DNA from: an uncultured Bacteroidales bacterium
GTDB taxonomy: Bacteria; Bacteroidota; Bacteroidia; Bacteroidales; UBA11471
Direction of reading: 5' to 3'
Length of the DNA: 64,000 nucleotides
NCBI GenBank assembly: GCA_947625885.1
Contig: CANQQA010000007.1
Span: 26,555 to 90,554, forward strand
In this document: in pieces, positions 42,007-53,391 of the stretch
Position numbering within the stretch: the first letter of the stretch is position 1
How the letters are laid out: each line of letters begins with the position of its first letter
Made by a program: the position numbers and the translations under genes
Notes under the pieces: generated by a model
The model's input: the letters and a program-made list of their open reading frames with translations, nothing else
The model's database searches: none
What the model was told of the DNA's origin: nothing

Positions 42007-42399
42007 TTACATTTTCGAGGCTATCGCATCGGCGATGGCTTGCATCTTCTCGGGCGAAAGTTTCAGACGCGGATTGGAGATGATCATGTCGCTCTCGCTG
42101 TTGATGGGAATCAAATGGATATGCGTATGCGGCACTTCAAGCCCCATGACGGCAACGCCTATTCGTCGGCACGGTACGGCTTTTTCGAGGGCGGCAGCCA
42201 CTTTTTTGGCAAAGAGCAACAGCCCCGTGTAGGCGTTGTCGTCCATCGCGAAGAGGTAATCGCCTTCGGCTTTGGGTATGACTAGCGTGTGTCCCGCTGC
42301 CAACGGATTTATATCCAAAAAAGCGAAATATTTTTCGTCTTCGGCAACTTTGTAGCAGGGAATTTCGCCTGCTACGATGCGACTGAACAAAGTAGGCAT
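42007..42399 (-). CDS. HIT family hydrolase
   Basis: FLDINP..GHTLVIPK, VPHTHIHLIP. Confidence 0.95.
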   Translation of the reverse strand: MPTLFSRIVAGEIPCYKVAEDEKYFAFLDINPLAAGHTLVIPKAEGDYLFAMDDNAYTGLLLFAKKVAAALEKAVPCRRIGVAVMGLEVPHTHIHLIPINSESDMIISNPRLKLSPEKMQAIADAIASKM

Positions 42400-42411
42400 G
42401 GTAGTATTTTA

Positions 42412-42882
42412 TTAAATGGAAATTTCCAGAATTTCAAATTTCATCGTACCCGACGGCACTTTTATTTCGCAAATGTCGCCGACTTTTTTCCCGAGCAATC
42501 CTTGTGCAATGGGGGTGCTCGATGCGATTTTCCCCTCTTTCAGGTTGGCTTCGCTTTCGGCGACGATGGTATATTCCATCGTCATCTTGTTTTGCACGTT
42601 GCGTATTTTCACCCGATTGAGTATCTGCACCGTATCGGTGTTGAGTTTCGAGTCGTCGATAATCCGGGCATTTGCCACTTTGTCTTTGAGTTGGGAAATC
42701 TTCATTTCCAACATGCCTTGAGCCTCTTTTGCGGCATCGTACTCGGCATTTTCCGACAAATCACCTTTGTCGCGGGCTTCGGCTATCTGCCGCGAAATTT
42801 CCGGACGCTTCACTGTTTCGAGATAGAGTATCTCGTCCATCATTTTTTTATAACCCTCTTCGGTCATGTACACGACTGCCAT
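42412..42882 (-). CDS. greA: transcription elongation factor GreA
   Basis: EARDKGDLSENAEYDAAKE, TPIAQGLLGK. Confidence 0.97.
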   Translation of the reverse strand: MAVVYMTEEGYKKMMDEILYLETVKRPEISRQIAEARDKGDLSENAEYDAAKEAQGMLEMKISQLKDKVANARIIDDSKLNTDTVQILNRVKIRNVQNKMTMEYTIVAESEANLKEGKIASSTPIAQGLLGKKVGDICEIKVPSGTMKFEILEISI

Positions 42883-42932
42883 AATTTTTTCTCCTTTATT
42901 TGGGCATTAAAAAACATTTTCATGGAAAATAA

Positions 42933-42968
42933 CAAAAAAGAATCCCGGCTGTTTAGCAACCGGAACTC
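42933..42968 (-). terminator. intrinsic terminator upstream of greA
   Basis: GAGTTCCGGTTG-CTAAA-CAGCCGGGATTC-TTTTTT; G-U pairs work only on the minus strand. Confidence 0.78.
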
Positions 42969-42988
42969 CTTTTTACCATTCGTTGATG

Positions 42989-43020
42989 CGAAGATAGACT
43001 TTTTTTTTCAATCTTCCAAA
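42989..43020 (-). promoter_or_regulatory. putative greA promoter (-33/-7)
   Basis: TTTG (43020-43017), 20-nt spacer, TATCTTCG (42996-42989). Confidence 0.55.
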
Positions 43021-43037
43021 CAAATCGCCCGATTTTT

Positions 43038-44192
43038 TCATTTCGATTTTTGCCGAAGCATTTTTTCTATGGCTTCGGGAAGGGCTTGGAGCGACTCCAC
43101 CCGCTGCTGCAAAACGCCGTCCCGGTCGATAAGAAAAGCGGTAGGCAGCGATTGCACATTATATGAACGGGCTGCACGCGAGCGCGACGTTTCGGCATCG
43201 CGCACGCAAACCCACGGCAGGTTGTCGGCAGACACCTGCCAAAGATTTTCATCGACATCGAGCGACACTTGGTATATCTCAAATCCCTGCTCGTGGTAGC
43301 GGTCGTGCAGTTGCACCAGCGCACGATTGTATTCGGGGGCATATTCGCCTTCGTATGCCGTAAAATCGAGCAGGATTACATTGCCTTTGAGGTCGCTCAA
43401 CCGATGTTTTTTGCCATAGCAGTCGGGCAGCTCGATGTCGATAAGCGACACTTCGACAGCTGTTGGAGCCTCGGATTCTTTCGGCTGGCTGTGCTGCCGT
43501 TCGTTTTGAAGAATGGCAAGCGCCAACTCATAGAGATGTTTGGCGCGGGGCGACTCCGGCAGAAGGGAATAGTAGGCATTGGCAACTGCCAGAATGAAAC
43601 GATTGTCCTCCCGCTTAGTCCGGTCGAAAATATCGAGACCGTTCACCTGCTGGAATATGGCAAAATATGCCGCAAGCGATGCCGGAGCCTCCATAATATA
43701 GGGTGTTACCGATTCTTTGTATTTGGCTATTTCTTCCTGCAATTTCCCGATAAGCATCTTTTGTTCCTCCGCAGAAAGATTTTTTTGCTTTTCGGCATTT
43801 TCGAGAGCGCCTTTCAAGCGCGCACCCGCCTGAGCAATATGGCGTATTTTCTCACTCTCCGGCGAGCCGTCCACCCGATAATCGGCGGCAATGGGCAGGC
43901 GGGTTATATCGACGGTTATCGTCTCGGTCGAATCGACAGCAAGATATACCGACGACGAGTCGAGGCGCAGCCGGTAAAATTCGGGGTATTCCGGACGGGC
44001 TGCATAAAAAGAGAACGACCCGTCTGCCGAGAGGCGCGCCGAATCGAGTACGACCGTACGACTCAGCTGCACGGCATCGAAATAGAGCGTCTTTCCCGCA
44101 CCCTCTTTTACTTGTCCCTGTATGTGAAACTCGTTTCTATGGCAACCGCCCACAAACAGGAGCGATAACAAAAGGACAATTATTTTTTTCAT
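43038..44192 (-). CDS. TlpA/thioredoxin-fold lipoprotein with DUF4369-like N-terminus
   Basis: Lipobox VGG-C; [37 protein letters not shown]. Confidence 0.85.
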   Translation of the reverse strand: MKKIIVLLLSLLFVGGCHRNEFHIQGQVKEGAGKTLYFDAVQLSRTVVLDSARLSADGSFSFYAARPEYPEFYRLRLDSSSVYLAVDSTETITVDITRLPIAADYRVDGSPESEKIRHIAQAGARLKGALENAEKQKNLSAEEQKMLIGKLQEEIAKYKESVTPYIMEAPASLAAYFAIFQQVNGLDIFDRTKREDNRFILAVANAYYSLLPESPRAKHLYELALAILQNERQHSQPKESEAPTAVEVSLIDIELPDCYGKKHRLSDLKGNVILLDFTAYEGEYAPEYNRALVQLHDRYHEQGFEIYQVSLDVDENLWQVSADNLPWVCVRDAETSRSRAARSYNVQSLPTAFLIDRDGVLQQRVESLQALPEAIEKMLRQKSK

Positions 44193-44373
44193 GTCGTAAA
44201 TTCAAAAAAATTCTTACCACAAATGTAATACAACATTTTCGTTTCCCGAAAGCCCGAAGCAATAATTCCGTAAAAAATCTTCATTTTGGCTATTTGTTCG
44301 GAAAAACGGGTATCAAGAAGCTGTTTTTTGGAGATTTTCTTTCATTTATATTCGATTACCCATATTTTTTGCT

Positions 44374-44381
44374 TATCTTTG
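44374..44381 (+). promoter_or_regulatory. -7 promoter box for pnp
   Basis: TATCTTTG about 30 nt upstream of the ATG. Confidence 0.6.
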
Positions 44382-44413
44382 CCCGATTTTTAGAAAGACG
44401 AAAAACAAACAAG

Positions 44414-46633
44414 ATGAAAATTGTAAAGAAAACTATCGACTTGGGAGATGGGAGAACCATCACCATCGAGACCGGAAAATTGGCAAAACAAGCCGACGGT
44501 GCGGTAGAGGTACGCATGGGCAACACCATGCTGCTGGCGACCGTCGTGTCGGCGAAAGAAGTCGGCGAAGACGTGGACTTCATGCCTTTGCAAGTAGAGT
44601 ACAAAGAACGTTATTCCGCATTCGGACGCTTCCCGGGCGGGTTCACCCGCCGCGAAGGACGCGCATCGGATTATGAAATCCTTACGGCGCGTTTGGTCGA
44701 TCGTGCATTGCGCCCGCTGTTCCCCGATAACTATCACGCCGAAACATTCGTCAATATCATGATGTTCTCTGCCGACGGAAAAGACATTCCCGACGCATTG
44801 GCAGGTCTGGCAGCATCGGCTGCGCTGGCTGTTTCGGACGTACCTTTCAACGGCCCTATTTCCGAAGTGCGCGTAGCCCGCATCGACGGACAGTTCCGCG
44901 TAAATCCCACTTTCGAGGAGTTGGAACACGCCGACATGGATATCATGGTGGGCGCCACCTACGAAAACATCATGATGGTCGAAGGCGAAATGAATGAAGT
45001 TTCGGAAGCCGATTTGCTCGCCGCCATGAAATTCGCCCACGAAGCCATCAAGGTACAGTGCAAGGCGCAAATGGAATTGGCCGAGGAGGTCGGCTCGACC
45101 GTGAAACGCGAATACTGTCACGAAGTCAATGACGAAGAACTGCGCAAAGACGTATGGGCAAAATGCTACGACGAAGCATACGCCATAGCCCGCTCGGGCA
45201 ATGCCGACAAACACGCCCGTTCGGAGGCATTCGACGCCATTGCCGAAAAATATCTGGCAGCTATGGACCCCGAAGAAGCCGAAGCCAAAAAGCCGTTGGT
45301 AAAACGCTACTACCACGATGTGGAGAAAGAGGCGATGCGCCGCTGCATTCTCGATGAAGGCAAACGCCTCGACGGTCGTACGACCACCCAGATTCGTCCT
45401 ATCTGGTGCGAAGTCGATTACCTGCCGGGTCCTCACGGCTCTTCGATATTCACACGCGGAGAAACCCAATCGCTCTCGACGGTTACGCTGGGTACCAAAC
45501 TCGACGAAAAAATCGTGGACGACGTGCTCAACCAAGGACACGACCGCTTCCTGCTGCACTACAACTTCCCTCCCTACTCCACCGGCGAAGCCAAAGCAAG
45601 CCGCGGCGTAGGTCGTCGCGAAATAGGGCATGGTAACCTTGCCAACCGCGCTTTGAAAAGCATGATTCCCGACGACTATCCTTATGCCATACGCATCGTT
45701 TCGGATATTCTCGAATCGAACGGCTCGTCGTCTATGGCGACCGTCTGCGCCGGAACGCTCGCCCTTATGGACGCCGGCGTGAAAATAAAGAAACCCGTTT
45801 CGGGTATCGCCATGGGGCTGATTACCGACAAAGATAATGTGAAATACGCCATTCTCTCCGATATTCTCGGCGACGAAGACCACCTCGGCGATATGGACTT
45901 CAAGGTAACGGGTACGAAAGACGGTATCACCGCCACGCAAATGGACATCAAGGTGGACGGTCTTTCCTACGAAGTGCTGGAAAAAGCCCTGAACCAAGCC
46001 AAAGAGGGCAGAATGCACATTCTCGGAAAAATACTCGACACGATTGCCGAACCGCGCGCCGACTTCAAACCGCACGTTCCGCGCATCGAAGTGATAGAGA
46101 TTCCCAAAGACATGATCGGCGCCGTAATAGGTCCGGGCGGAAAAATCATACAAGGCATACAAGAAGATACGAAGACCGTCATCACCATCGACGAAATCGA
46201 CGGTGTGGGTCGGGTGGAAATCGCGGCTCCGGGTCGCGACGCCATCAACGCCGCTCTGGCTCGTATCAAAGGCATCGTAGCCATTCCCGAAGTAGGCGAA
46301 GTCTATACCGGAAAAGTAAAATCTATTCTCGCTTTCGGTGCATTCGTGGAATTTATGCCGGGTAAAGACGGATTGCTCCACATCTCGGAAATCTGCTGGA
46401 AACGCCTCGAAACGATGGAAGAATCCGGTCTGAAAGAGGGCGACGAAGTAACCGTGAAGTTGCTCGAAATCGACCCGAAAACCGGCAAGTTCCGTCTTTC
46501 GATGAAAGCCCTGCAACCCCGTCCCGAAGGTATGCCGGAAACTCGTGAACCCCGCAACAACGGCGAACATCATCACAATCGTCCGCATCACGAAAATCGG
46601 GGACCTCGCGACAACCACGAGAAAAAAGATTAA
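44414..46633 (+). CDS. pnp: polyribonucleotide nucleotidyltransferase
   Basis: [36 protein letters not shown] and S1 domains. Confidence 0.97.
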   Translation: MKIVKKTIDLGDGRTITIETGKLAKQADGAVEVRMGNTMLLATVVSAKEVGEDVDFMPLQVEYKERYSAFGRFPGGFTRREGRASDYEILTARLVDRALRPLFPDNYHAETFVNIMMFSADGKDIPDALAGLAASAALAVSDVPFNGPISEVRVARIDGQFRVNPTFEELEHADMDIMVGATYENIMMVEGEMNEVSEADLLAAMKFAHEAIKVQCKAQMELAEEVGSTVKREYCHEVNDEELRKDVWAKCYDEAYAIARSGNADKHARSEAFDAIAEKYLAAMDPEEAEAKKPLVKRYYHDVEKEAMRRCILDEGKRLDGRTTTQIRPIWCEVDYLPGPHGSSIFTRGETQSLSTVTLGTKLDEKIVDDVLNQGHDRFLLHYNFPPYSTGEAKASRGVGRREIGHGNLANRALKSMIPDDYPYAIRIVSDILESNGSSSMATVCAGTLALMDAGVKIKKPVSGIAMGLITDKDNVKYAILSDILGDEDHLGDMDFKVTGTKDGITATQMDIKVDGLSYEVLEKALNQAKEGRMHILGKILDTIAEPRADFKPHVPRIEVIEIPKDMIGAVIGPGGKIIQGIQEDTKTVITIDEIDGVGRVEIAAPGRDAINAALARIKGIVAIPEVGEVYTGKVKSILAFGAFVEFMPGKDGLLHISEICWKRLETMEESGLKEGDEVTVKLLEIDPKTGKFRLSMKALQPRPEGMPETREPRNNGEHHHNRPHHENRGPRDNHEKKD

Positions 46634-46654
46634 ACCTATCTGATTCTATAACGG

Positions 46655-46693
46655 ACAGAGGCGGGAAATTGAGTTTCCCGCCTCTGTTTTTTT
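46655..46693 (+). terminator. pnp terminator
   Basis: ACAGAGGCGGGAAA / TTTCCCGCCTCTGT plus T tract. Confidence 0.9.
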
Positions 46694-46723
46694 CGATGAA
46701 ATGGCGCATTTTCGCGTTTTGCT

Positions 46724-48010
46724 TTACTCCTTTTCCTTTACGTCGCGGGAGAGCAGGCGATGCCCGATGCGGCAATAAAGGCACTTGTGCGGTTCGCAAT
46801 AAGCGGTATAAAGCTGTATGGCAGCCTGACTGTCGAGCGCATTCTGCACCGTGATGCCTCCCTGCACCACACACCGCACGAGGCGGTTGTCTTCCGGCGG
46901 CAGCTTTTCGAGCATCTGCATAGCCCGCTCCACAAGCGCCTCTTTGCCCGTGCGGGCAGCATAACTGTACAGCAGCGGCGCCACGCAATTGATGATGAGT
47001 ATGCGCACGGCGCCGCGACCCAGCGTCTTATTTTGCGCCGGAGAAGTCGTTCCGAAAGAGTAGTGCGTCTCCCAATACCCTTCGAGCCGTATGTCGAACA
47101 ACTCCTGCACGGCTTTCTCGTCGGCACATTCGAGTATGCGGGAAAAAACATTGAATCCCCTATGTATCAACTGTGCCAACAAGGCGATGCGCTGGTGCGG
47201 AAAATTCGCCGGACGAAGCCGGAAAAATTTCCAGCAGCTGCCGTCGATAGGAGTAAGCGAAAATTTGTTCCGTAAAAAGTCATACTCCCGCACCATGCGC
47301 TGATAATAGGCATCGTCGGGATATTCGCCGGCAGCGAGCAAGCCCGCCTGTCCGAAAAGAAACGCCTCGATTTGAAAAAGCGAATCGGCGTGCTTCTGCA
47401 AAAACAGCAGCGGCAGACTGCGCGCCAGCCGTTCGAAAGCATCATTATTGACACCCAACCCCATGCTTCGCGCCAGCGTGATGTAGCACACCTCCTCCCA
47501 ATCGCCCTGCCGTTCGTCGAGCCGGTCGAGTATGCGCAGGCTCTTTTGTTGCAGGCGTTCGAGGGCAAGGGCGGTAAGCCAGTCGGTCAGGAAAAGCGGC
47601 GGCAGCTCGGCAAGACGCCCGCCGCAAGGCAGGCTCTCCTGTCGGGAGGTCAGATATTCGTAATCGGCTTTCAGCCGCTCGGGTATGGTTACGACCCATT
47701 GCGGTATCGGCTCCCCGTTCTTGCGGCATATCTGCGTGTCGGCTTCCGTTACGACATGGAGTATCACCGAATCGTAGGCGGCATCGCCGTCGTGATGATG
47801 CGCATGCCAATCGCTCGCGCGCAGGTGCATTTCGACATTTCCCGCCCATATACGGTCGCCGATGCGCACTTTGGCGTTGAAAAAGTCGGGACCCGCATCT
47901 TCGTTGCGGCGTCCGGCATCGAGCACTTCGATTTTCCGACCGTCGGTCGTTTCGGACGGGACGTGGCTCCACAACCGATGCTCCCACAGATAATAAAGCA
48001 ACTTTTCCAT
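46724..48010 (-). CDS. DUF2851 family protein
   Basis: AGPDFFNA, GNVEMH..SDW..HHH, VILHVV, RLRPANFP. Confidence 0.88.
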   Translation of the reverse strand: MEKLLYYLWEHRLWSHVPSETTDGRKIEVLDAGRRNEDAGPDFFNAKVRIGDRIWAGNVEMHLRASDWHAHHHDGDAAYDSVILHVVTEADTQICRKNGEPIPQWVVTIPERLKADYEYLTSRQESLPCGGRLAELPPLFLTDWLTALALERLQQKSLRILDRLDERQGDWEEVCYITLARSMGLGVNNDAFERLARSLPLLFLQKHADSLFQIEAFLFGQAGLLAAGEYPDDAYYQRMVREYDFLRNKFSLTPIDGSCWKFFRLRPANFPHQRIALLAQLIHRGFNVFSRILECADEKAVQELFDIRLEGYWETHYSFGTTSPAQNKTLGRGAVRILIINCVAPLLYSYAARTGKEALVERAMQMLEKLPPEDNRLVRCVVQGGITVQNALDSQAAIQLYTAYCEPHKCLYCRIGHRLLSRDVKEKE

Positions 48011-48111
48011 AAAAAATCCTTTGTTATGCAAAATAAAGAATTTTCCGACAGGAAATTCACTATCTTTGTAAAAATATTGACGGTAAACACGAAATCTTTA
48101 TTCCATTTTTT

Positions 48112-48825
48112 ATGAAACTCGCTTTGATTGGATACGGGAAAATGGGGCACGCCATCGAGCAGATTGCCCGCAGTCGCGGACATGAAATCGTTTCGATTAT
48201 CGACATCGACAACCCCGAAGAATTTGAATCGCCGGCATTCCGCAGCGCCGAGGTGGCAATAGAGTTCACCGCTCCGGCAGTCGCCGTGTCGAATTACCGA
48301 AAGGCTTTTGCCGCCGGTGTTCCGGTGGTGTCGGGCACGACCGGTTGGCTCGAACATCTGCCCGAAATCAAGGAGGCTTGCCGAAACGGACAGACATTCT
48401 TTTACGCCTCCAATTTCAGTTTGGGCGTAAACATCTTCTTCGCCGTAAACAAGTATCTGGCGGACATCATGAACCGATTCCCCTCCTACGACGTGAAAAT
48501 GGAGGAGACGCACCACATACACAAACTCGATGCGCCGAGCGGCACTGCCATTACGCTGGCAGAAGACATCATTGCGCGGCTCGACCGCAAGTCGGCATGG
48601 GTCGAAGGGCGCACCCCGTCGGCAGAAGAGATTGGCATCAAGGCGATACGCCGCGACGAAGTGCCCGGCATTCACACGATTACCTATGAATCGGACGCCG
48701 ATACCATCACCATCACGCACGATGCCAAAAGCCGCATGGGCTTTGCGTTGGGAGCCGTCGTCGCTGCCGAATTTACCTGCGGCAAGAAAGGGTTTCTTAC
48801 CATGCAGGATATGCTCAACTTCTGA
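48112..48825 (+). CDS. dapB: 4-hydroxy-tetrahydrodipicolinate reductase
   Basis: GYGKMG, SGTTG, ETHHIHKLDAPSGTA; -7 box TATCTTTG at 48061-48068. Confidence 0.96.
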   Translation: MKLALIGYGKMGHAIEQIARSRGHEIVSIIDIDNPEEFESPAFRSAEVAIEFTAPAVAVSNYRKAFAAGVPVVSGTTGWLEHLPEIKEACRNGQTFFYASNFSLGVNIFFAVNKYLADIMNRFPSYDVKMEETHHIHKLDAPSGTAITLAEDIIARLDRKSAWVEGRTPSAEEIGIKAIRRDEVPGIHTITYESDADTITITHDAKSRMGFALGAVVAAEFTCGKKGFLTMQDMLNF

Positions 48826-48843
48826 TTTCAAAAAACAAGCCGT

Positions 48844-50277
48844 ATGAATTTTTCTTCGCCTTCCCTGAAAGAACGTTTGCGCGCGGTCAAGAAAACACGA
48901 TGGATTCGATTCGGCATCGCTGCCGTGCTGTACATCTTGTTTGCCGTGTGGCTGGACAATTACTATATTTTGCCCGGTCTTATCCTGCTGGTCGATATAT
49001 ACCTGACCAAATACATTCCGTGGACGTTCTGGAAAAAATCGAAAAACAAAACCGTACTGCGGGTTATGGAATGGGTCGATGCCATCGTCTATGCGCTGGT
49101 CGCCGTCTATTTCATCAACATTTTCTTTTTCCAAAACTACAAAATACCCTCCTCCTCGCTCGAAAAATCGCTGCTGGTAGGCGATTATCTTTTCGTGAGC
49201 AAACTGAGTTACGGTCCGCGCGTACCGAATACGCCGCTCTCGTTCCCCTTAGTGCAAAACACGTTCCCCATTCTCAACATCAAATCGTACATCGAATGGC
49301 CGTCGTGGGGCTACCACCGGCTGGCAGGTTTCGGAAATGTAAAGCGCGGCGACATCGTCGTATTCAATTTTCCCGCTGGCGACACGGTGGCTGTACGCGT
49401 ACCCAACCCCGACTACTACACGTTGGCGCACTTCGTGGGTCGCGAGGTCATAAAAAACGACAAAGCCCGATTCGGAAAGGTGGTATATCGTCCCGTCGAT
49501 CGTCGGGAAAACTATGTGAAGCGCTGCATCGGAATGCCGGGCGATACATTCGAAATACGCGACAATCAGGTGTATATCGACGGCAAGGCGCTGGAAAATC
49601 CCCGAAACATACAATTCAACTACTTCGTCATGCTGCAACAGGGTTACCGCTTTTCGGAAAAACAGTTCCGCGAACTGGGTGTAAGTGTCGATGACCGGAC
49701 TCTCGTATCGAATGACAGGAACTGGACATCCGACCTGTTGGCAATGGGATTTCCCCTCAACCCCGACGGCACGTTTTCGCCCGTCTATCAACTGCCGCTC
49801 ACGCCGGCAGCCTTGGCGAGAGTGAAACAATATCCATACGTTACCCGCGTCGTACAGGAGCCCGGCGTATTCGGCGGCGAAGGCTATCCGTTGGGCTACG
49901 GCAAAGGGTGGACACGTTCCGATTTCGGTCCGCTATGGATTCCGAAACGGGGTGAAACCGTCCGGCTCACCGCCGACAATCTGCCCCTTTACGAACGAGC
50001 AATACGCGACTACGAAGGAAACACACTGGAATACAAAGAGGGGCGCATCTATATCAACGGCGTCGAAACCGACACATACCAATTCAAAATGGACTACTAC
50101 ATGATGTTGGGCGACAACCGCGACAACTCTGCCGACAGCCGCTTCTGGGGGCTTGTTCCCGAAGACCATATCGTAGGCAAACCGCTGTTCGTATGGCTCT
50201 CGATAGACAAAGACCGCAATTGGTTCGACGGGCGAATCCGCTTCAAACGTCTTTTCAAGTCGGTATCGTCCTTGTAA
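48844..50277 (+). CDS. lepB: signal peptidase I
   Basis: IPSSSLEKSL..GDYLFVSK, YVKRCIG, GDNRDNSADSRFWG. Confidence 0.95.
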   Translation: MNFSSPSLKERLRAVKKTRWIRFGIAAVLYILFAVWLDNYYILPGLILLVDIYLTKYIPWTFWKKSKNKTVLRVMEWVDAIVYALVAVYFINIFFFQNYKIPSSSLEKSLLVGDYLFVSKLSYGPRVPNTPLSFPLVQNTFPILNIKSYIEWPSWGYHRLAGFGNVKRGDIVVFNFPAGDTVAVRVPNPDYYTLAHFVGREVIKNDKARFGKVVYRPVDRRENYVKRCIGMPGDTFEIRDNQVYIDGKALENPRNIQFNYFVMLQQGYRFSEKQFRELGVSVDDRTLVSNDRNWTSDLLAMGFPLNPDGTFSPVYQLPLTPAALARVKQYPYVTRVVQEPGVFGGEGYPLGYGKGWTRSDFGPLWIPKRGETVRLTADNLPLYERAIRDYEGNTLEYKEGRIYINGVETDTYQFKMDYYMMLGDNRDNSADSRFWGLVPEDHIVGKPLFVWLSIDKDRNWFDGRIRFKRLFKSVSSL

Positions 50278-50280
50278 ACA

Positions 50281-50904
50281 ATGTCCGTCGTTTACCTCTC
50301 CACCGCCTATCTGGCGCCTGTCTCCTATTACAAGGCGATGTGCCGCTACGATACCGTCGTGGTCGAAGCATACAGCCATTACGTCAAGCAATCGTACCGC
50401 AACCGCTGCACGATAGCGAGTGCGGGCGGGCTGCTGCCGCTGTCGATACCGGTGGAACGCACCCGTGAGGGAAAGCCTTTTACCCGCGATATGCGCATTT
50501 CCCGCCATGACAATTGGCAGCATATCCATTGGAACGCTATTGCCTCGGCTTACGGTTCCGCTCCTTTTTTCGACTATTTCTGCGACGATTTGCGCCCGTT
50601 TTACGAGCGTTCCTGTGCCGGAAAGTTTTTGCTCGATTACAACACGGCTCTGCAAGAAACCGTGTGCCGTCTGCTGGGAATCGCTCCGAACGTAACATTC
50701 AGCGACAGCTATCTCACTGTCGGCGAAAACATCGCCGACCTGCGGGAGGCGATACACCCCAAACGTCCGCCGGTGGAGGCGCTGCTCCCACGACCTTATT
50801 ACCAAGTTTTTTCGATGAAATGGGGCTTTTTACCTGAAATTTCGATCATCGACCTGCTGTTCAATATGGGAAATGAAGCTCTTTTAGTCTTGTACGACCG
50901 ATAG
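50281..50904 (+). CDS. WbqC family protein
   Basis: KQSYRNRC, AYGSAPFF, SIIDLLFNMG. Confidence 0.9.
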   Translation: MSVVYLSTAYLAPVSYYKAMCRYDTVVVEAYSHYVKQSYRNRCTIASAGGLLPLSIPVERTREGKPFTRDMRISRHDNWQHIHWNAIASAYGSAPFFDYFCDDLRPFYERSCAGKFLLDYNTALQETVCRLLGIAPNVTFSDSYLTVGENIADLREAIHPKRPPVEALLPRPYYQVFSMKWGFLPEISIIDLLFNMGNEALLVLYDR

Positions 50905-50908
50905 TTTT

Positions 50909-51730
50909 TTACGCCTGTTCACTCTCGTTTTTTTCGATGAAACCGTCGTTTTCTTTATCTTTTTCGACCGGTGCGTGCAAAACGGAATCTCTGAATGCGG
51001 CATCGGTATGCAGCTGCTGCAAGGCGAGACGCGAAGCCGCCTGTTCCGCCTCTTTCTTGGAATAACCGGTCGCCGGCATACCTTCCCTGCCGCCCACTAT
51101 CGCCCGCACTTTGAAAAGCGGGCTGTTATCGTCATCGACCGTACTCCCGTCGAGACGCCATGCAATATCCACATGATAATGCTGCGCCCACTCGACCAAC
51201 TTCGATTTGAAATTGGCATCGGTATGGATAATTTCATTCAGATCGATGTGGGGCTTAAAAATTTTCTCTATGATAAAACGCCGGCAACGCTTGTAGCCTC
51301 TATCGAGATATATCGCCCCGATGAGGGCTTCAAAGGCATTTCCGTAAACATAATTGTGGTGCGCCACCGTGCGCAGCTCGGCATACACAATCTTGTCAAG
51401 CCCTATTTCTGCGGCGACACGGTTGAGCGTTTCGCGCTGAATGATGCGGGAACGCGAATTGGAGAGAAAACCCTCCTTTTTATCCGGAAACGTGCGAAAC
51501 AAATAATCGACCGTAACCGCCGTAAATATGGCATCGCCCAAAAATTCGAGCCGCTCGTTGTCGGTCTTGCTCCCTTCGGAAACACTTGCCGCCGAACGGT
51601 GCGTAAGTGCCTGCTCGTAAAGCGATATGCGGTGCGGACAAAAACCAAGCATCTTATAAAATGCAGAATACGACTCTTTATGACGATGCATAAGGAGTCG
51701 TATCCGATAATAGAGAGCCTCGACAATCAC
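50909..51730 (-). CDS. rnc: ribonuclease III
   Basis: ALTHRS, NERLEFLGDA, FEALIGAIYLD, dsRBD SKKEAEQ. Confidence 0.95.
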   Translation of the reverse strand: MIVEALYYRIRLLMHRHKESYSAFYKMLGFCPHRISLYEQALTHRSAASVSEGSKTDNERLEFLGDAIFTAVTVDYLFRTFPDKKEGFLSNSRSRIIQRETLNRVAAEIGLDKIVYAELRTVAHHNYVYGNAFEALIGAIYLDRGYKRCRRFIIEKIFKPHIDLNEIIHTDANFKSKLVEWAQHYHVDIAWRLDGSTVDDDNSPLFKVRAIVGGREGMPATGYSKKEAEQAASRLALQQLHTDAAFRDSVLHAPVEKDKENDGFIEKNESEQA

Positions 51731-52987
51731 CTATTTCGAGAATTTCTTGACGATGACGCTTGCATTATGACCGCCGAAACCGAACGTGTTGGAGAGAGCG
51801 ACATTGACTGTACGCTTCTGCGCTTTGTTGAACGTAAAGTTCAGTTTATAATCTATTTCGGGGTCTTCGTCGCCTTCGGTGAAATTGATGGTCGGCGGCA
51901 CGATGTCGTTCTCGACAGCTTTCACGCATATCATCGCCTCTGTCGCACCGGCAGCACCCAAGAGGTGTCCCGTCATCGACTTGGTGGAACTGATATTGAG
52001 TTTATAAGCATGTTCGCCGAAAACTTTTTTGATGGCTTTTATCTCCGAAAGGTCGCCCACCGGAGTGGAGGTACCGTGTACGTTGATGTAATCGACGTCT
52101 TCGGGTTTGATTCCCGCATCGGCAAGGGCATTCTTCATCACCAGCATGGCGCCCAAACCTTCGGGGTGGGTGGCAGTGAGGTGATAAGCATCGGCAGAAA
52201 GTCCGCCGCCGATTACTTCGGCATAAATTTTCGCTCCGCGAGCCTGTGCGTGTTCCAAACTTTCGAGAACAAGAGCGGCAGCCCCTTCGCCCATGACGAA
52301 TCCGTCGCGGCTGGCGCTGAACGGACGGCTGGCGTGCTGCGGGTCATCGTTGCGAGTCGATAGCGCGTGCATGGCGTTGAAACCGCCTACACCTGCCACC
52401 GATACGGGTGCTTCGGCTCCGCCGGTTACAATCATGTCCGCCATGCCGAGGCGCACGTAATTGAAAGCGTCGATGACGGCATTGGTCGATGACGCGCAAG
52501 CCGATACGGTAGCGAAATTCGGTCCGTGAAATCCGTACATCATCGAAATATGACCTGCCGCAATATCGGCAATCATCTTGGGAATAAAGAACGGACTGAA
52601 TCTCGGACCTTTCTCGGGGTCGTACTCGCACATTTCGTCTTCAAAAGAGCGAATGCCGCCGATACCCGATGCAAAAATCACACCGATACGGTCTTTGTCA
52701 GCACTTTCCAAATCGACTCCGGTATCTTCGATAGCCTCTTTGGCAGCGGCAACTGCCAGCTGGGCATACCGGTCGAACTTGCGAGCCTCTTTCTTTTCGA
52801 GATATTTCGTGGGATCGAATCCCTTGATTTCACAAGCGAACTGCGTCTTGAACAGCGACGCGTCGAACAAAGTAATAGGCCCGGCTCCACTTACACCATT
52901 TATCAGGGATTTCCAAGTTTCTTCAACTCCGATTCCCAATGGAGTAACTGCCCCCAGGCCTGTTACTACTACTCTTTTTAATTCCAT
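51731..52987 (-). CDS. fabF: beta-ketoacyl-ACP synthase II
   Basis: RVVVTGLG, SACAS, HGTSTPVGD, KSMTGHLLG, SNTFGFGGHN. Confidence 0.97.
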   Translation of the reverse strand: MELKRVVVTGLGAVTPLGIGVEETWKSLINGVSGAGPITLFDASLFKTQFACEIKGFDPTKYLEKKEARKFDRYAQLAVAAAKEAIEDTGVDLESADKDRIGVIFASGIGGIRSFEDEMCEYDPEKGPRFSPFFIPKMIADIAAGHISMMYGFHGPNFATVSACASSTNAVIDAFNYVRLGMADMIVTGGAEAPVSVAGVGGFNAMHALSTRNDDPQHASRPFSASRDGFVMGEGAAALVLESLEHAQARGAKIYAEVIGGGLSADAYHLTATHPEGLGAMLVMKNALADAGIKPEDVDYINVHGTSTPVGDLSEIKAIKKVFGEHAYKLNISSTKSMTGHLLGAAGATEAMICVKAVENDIVPPTINFTEGDEDPEIDYKLNFTFNKAQKRTVNVALSNTFGFGGHNASVIVKKFSK

Positions 52988-53002
52988 TTAGAGTGGTTGT
53001 TT

Positions 53003-53239
53003 TTACTTTGCATTTGCTTCGATGTAGGCAATTGCATCACCGACAGTAGCGATTTTTTCTGCCTGATCGTCGGGAATGGTTACATCGAATTCTTTCTCGA
53101 ATTCCATGATAAGTTCCACCGTGTCGAGAGAATCGGCACCCAGATCGTTGGTGAAGCTGGCTTCGTTTGTTACTTCAGACTCTTCGACACCTAATTTGTC
53201 GACAATGATTGCTTTAACTCTTGATGCAATTTCAGACAT
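53003..53239 (-). CDS. acpP: acyl carrier protein
   Basis: [12 protein letters not shown]; start MSEIASR at 53239. Confidence 0.97.
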   Translation of the reverse strand: MSEIASRVKAIIVDKLGVEESEVTNEASFTNDLGADSLDTVELIMEFEKEFDVTIPDDQAEKIATVGDAIAYIEANAK

Positions 53240-53391
53240 AATTTCCAATTTTTAGTTAGTGAATGTTCGTCTAATTTTTAACACGCTGCAAAATTGAGGT
53301 TTTTTATCGGAATAAAAAAATTTTTTTGGTAGAAAGTTGCCAAAATATGCACATGTATATATGAGTTGTGCAATATTTAGAGCTGTTTTGT

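Noticed and set aside
44390-46618. 742-aa antisense ORF over pnp (also those over pyk, fabF, ruvB, GT9)
   Set aside because: Same shadow-ORF artefact
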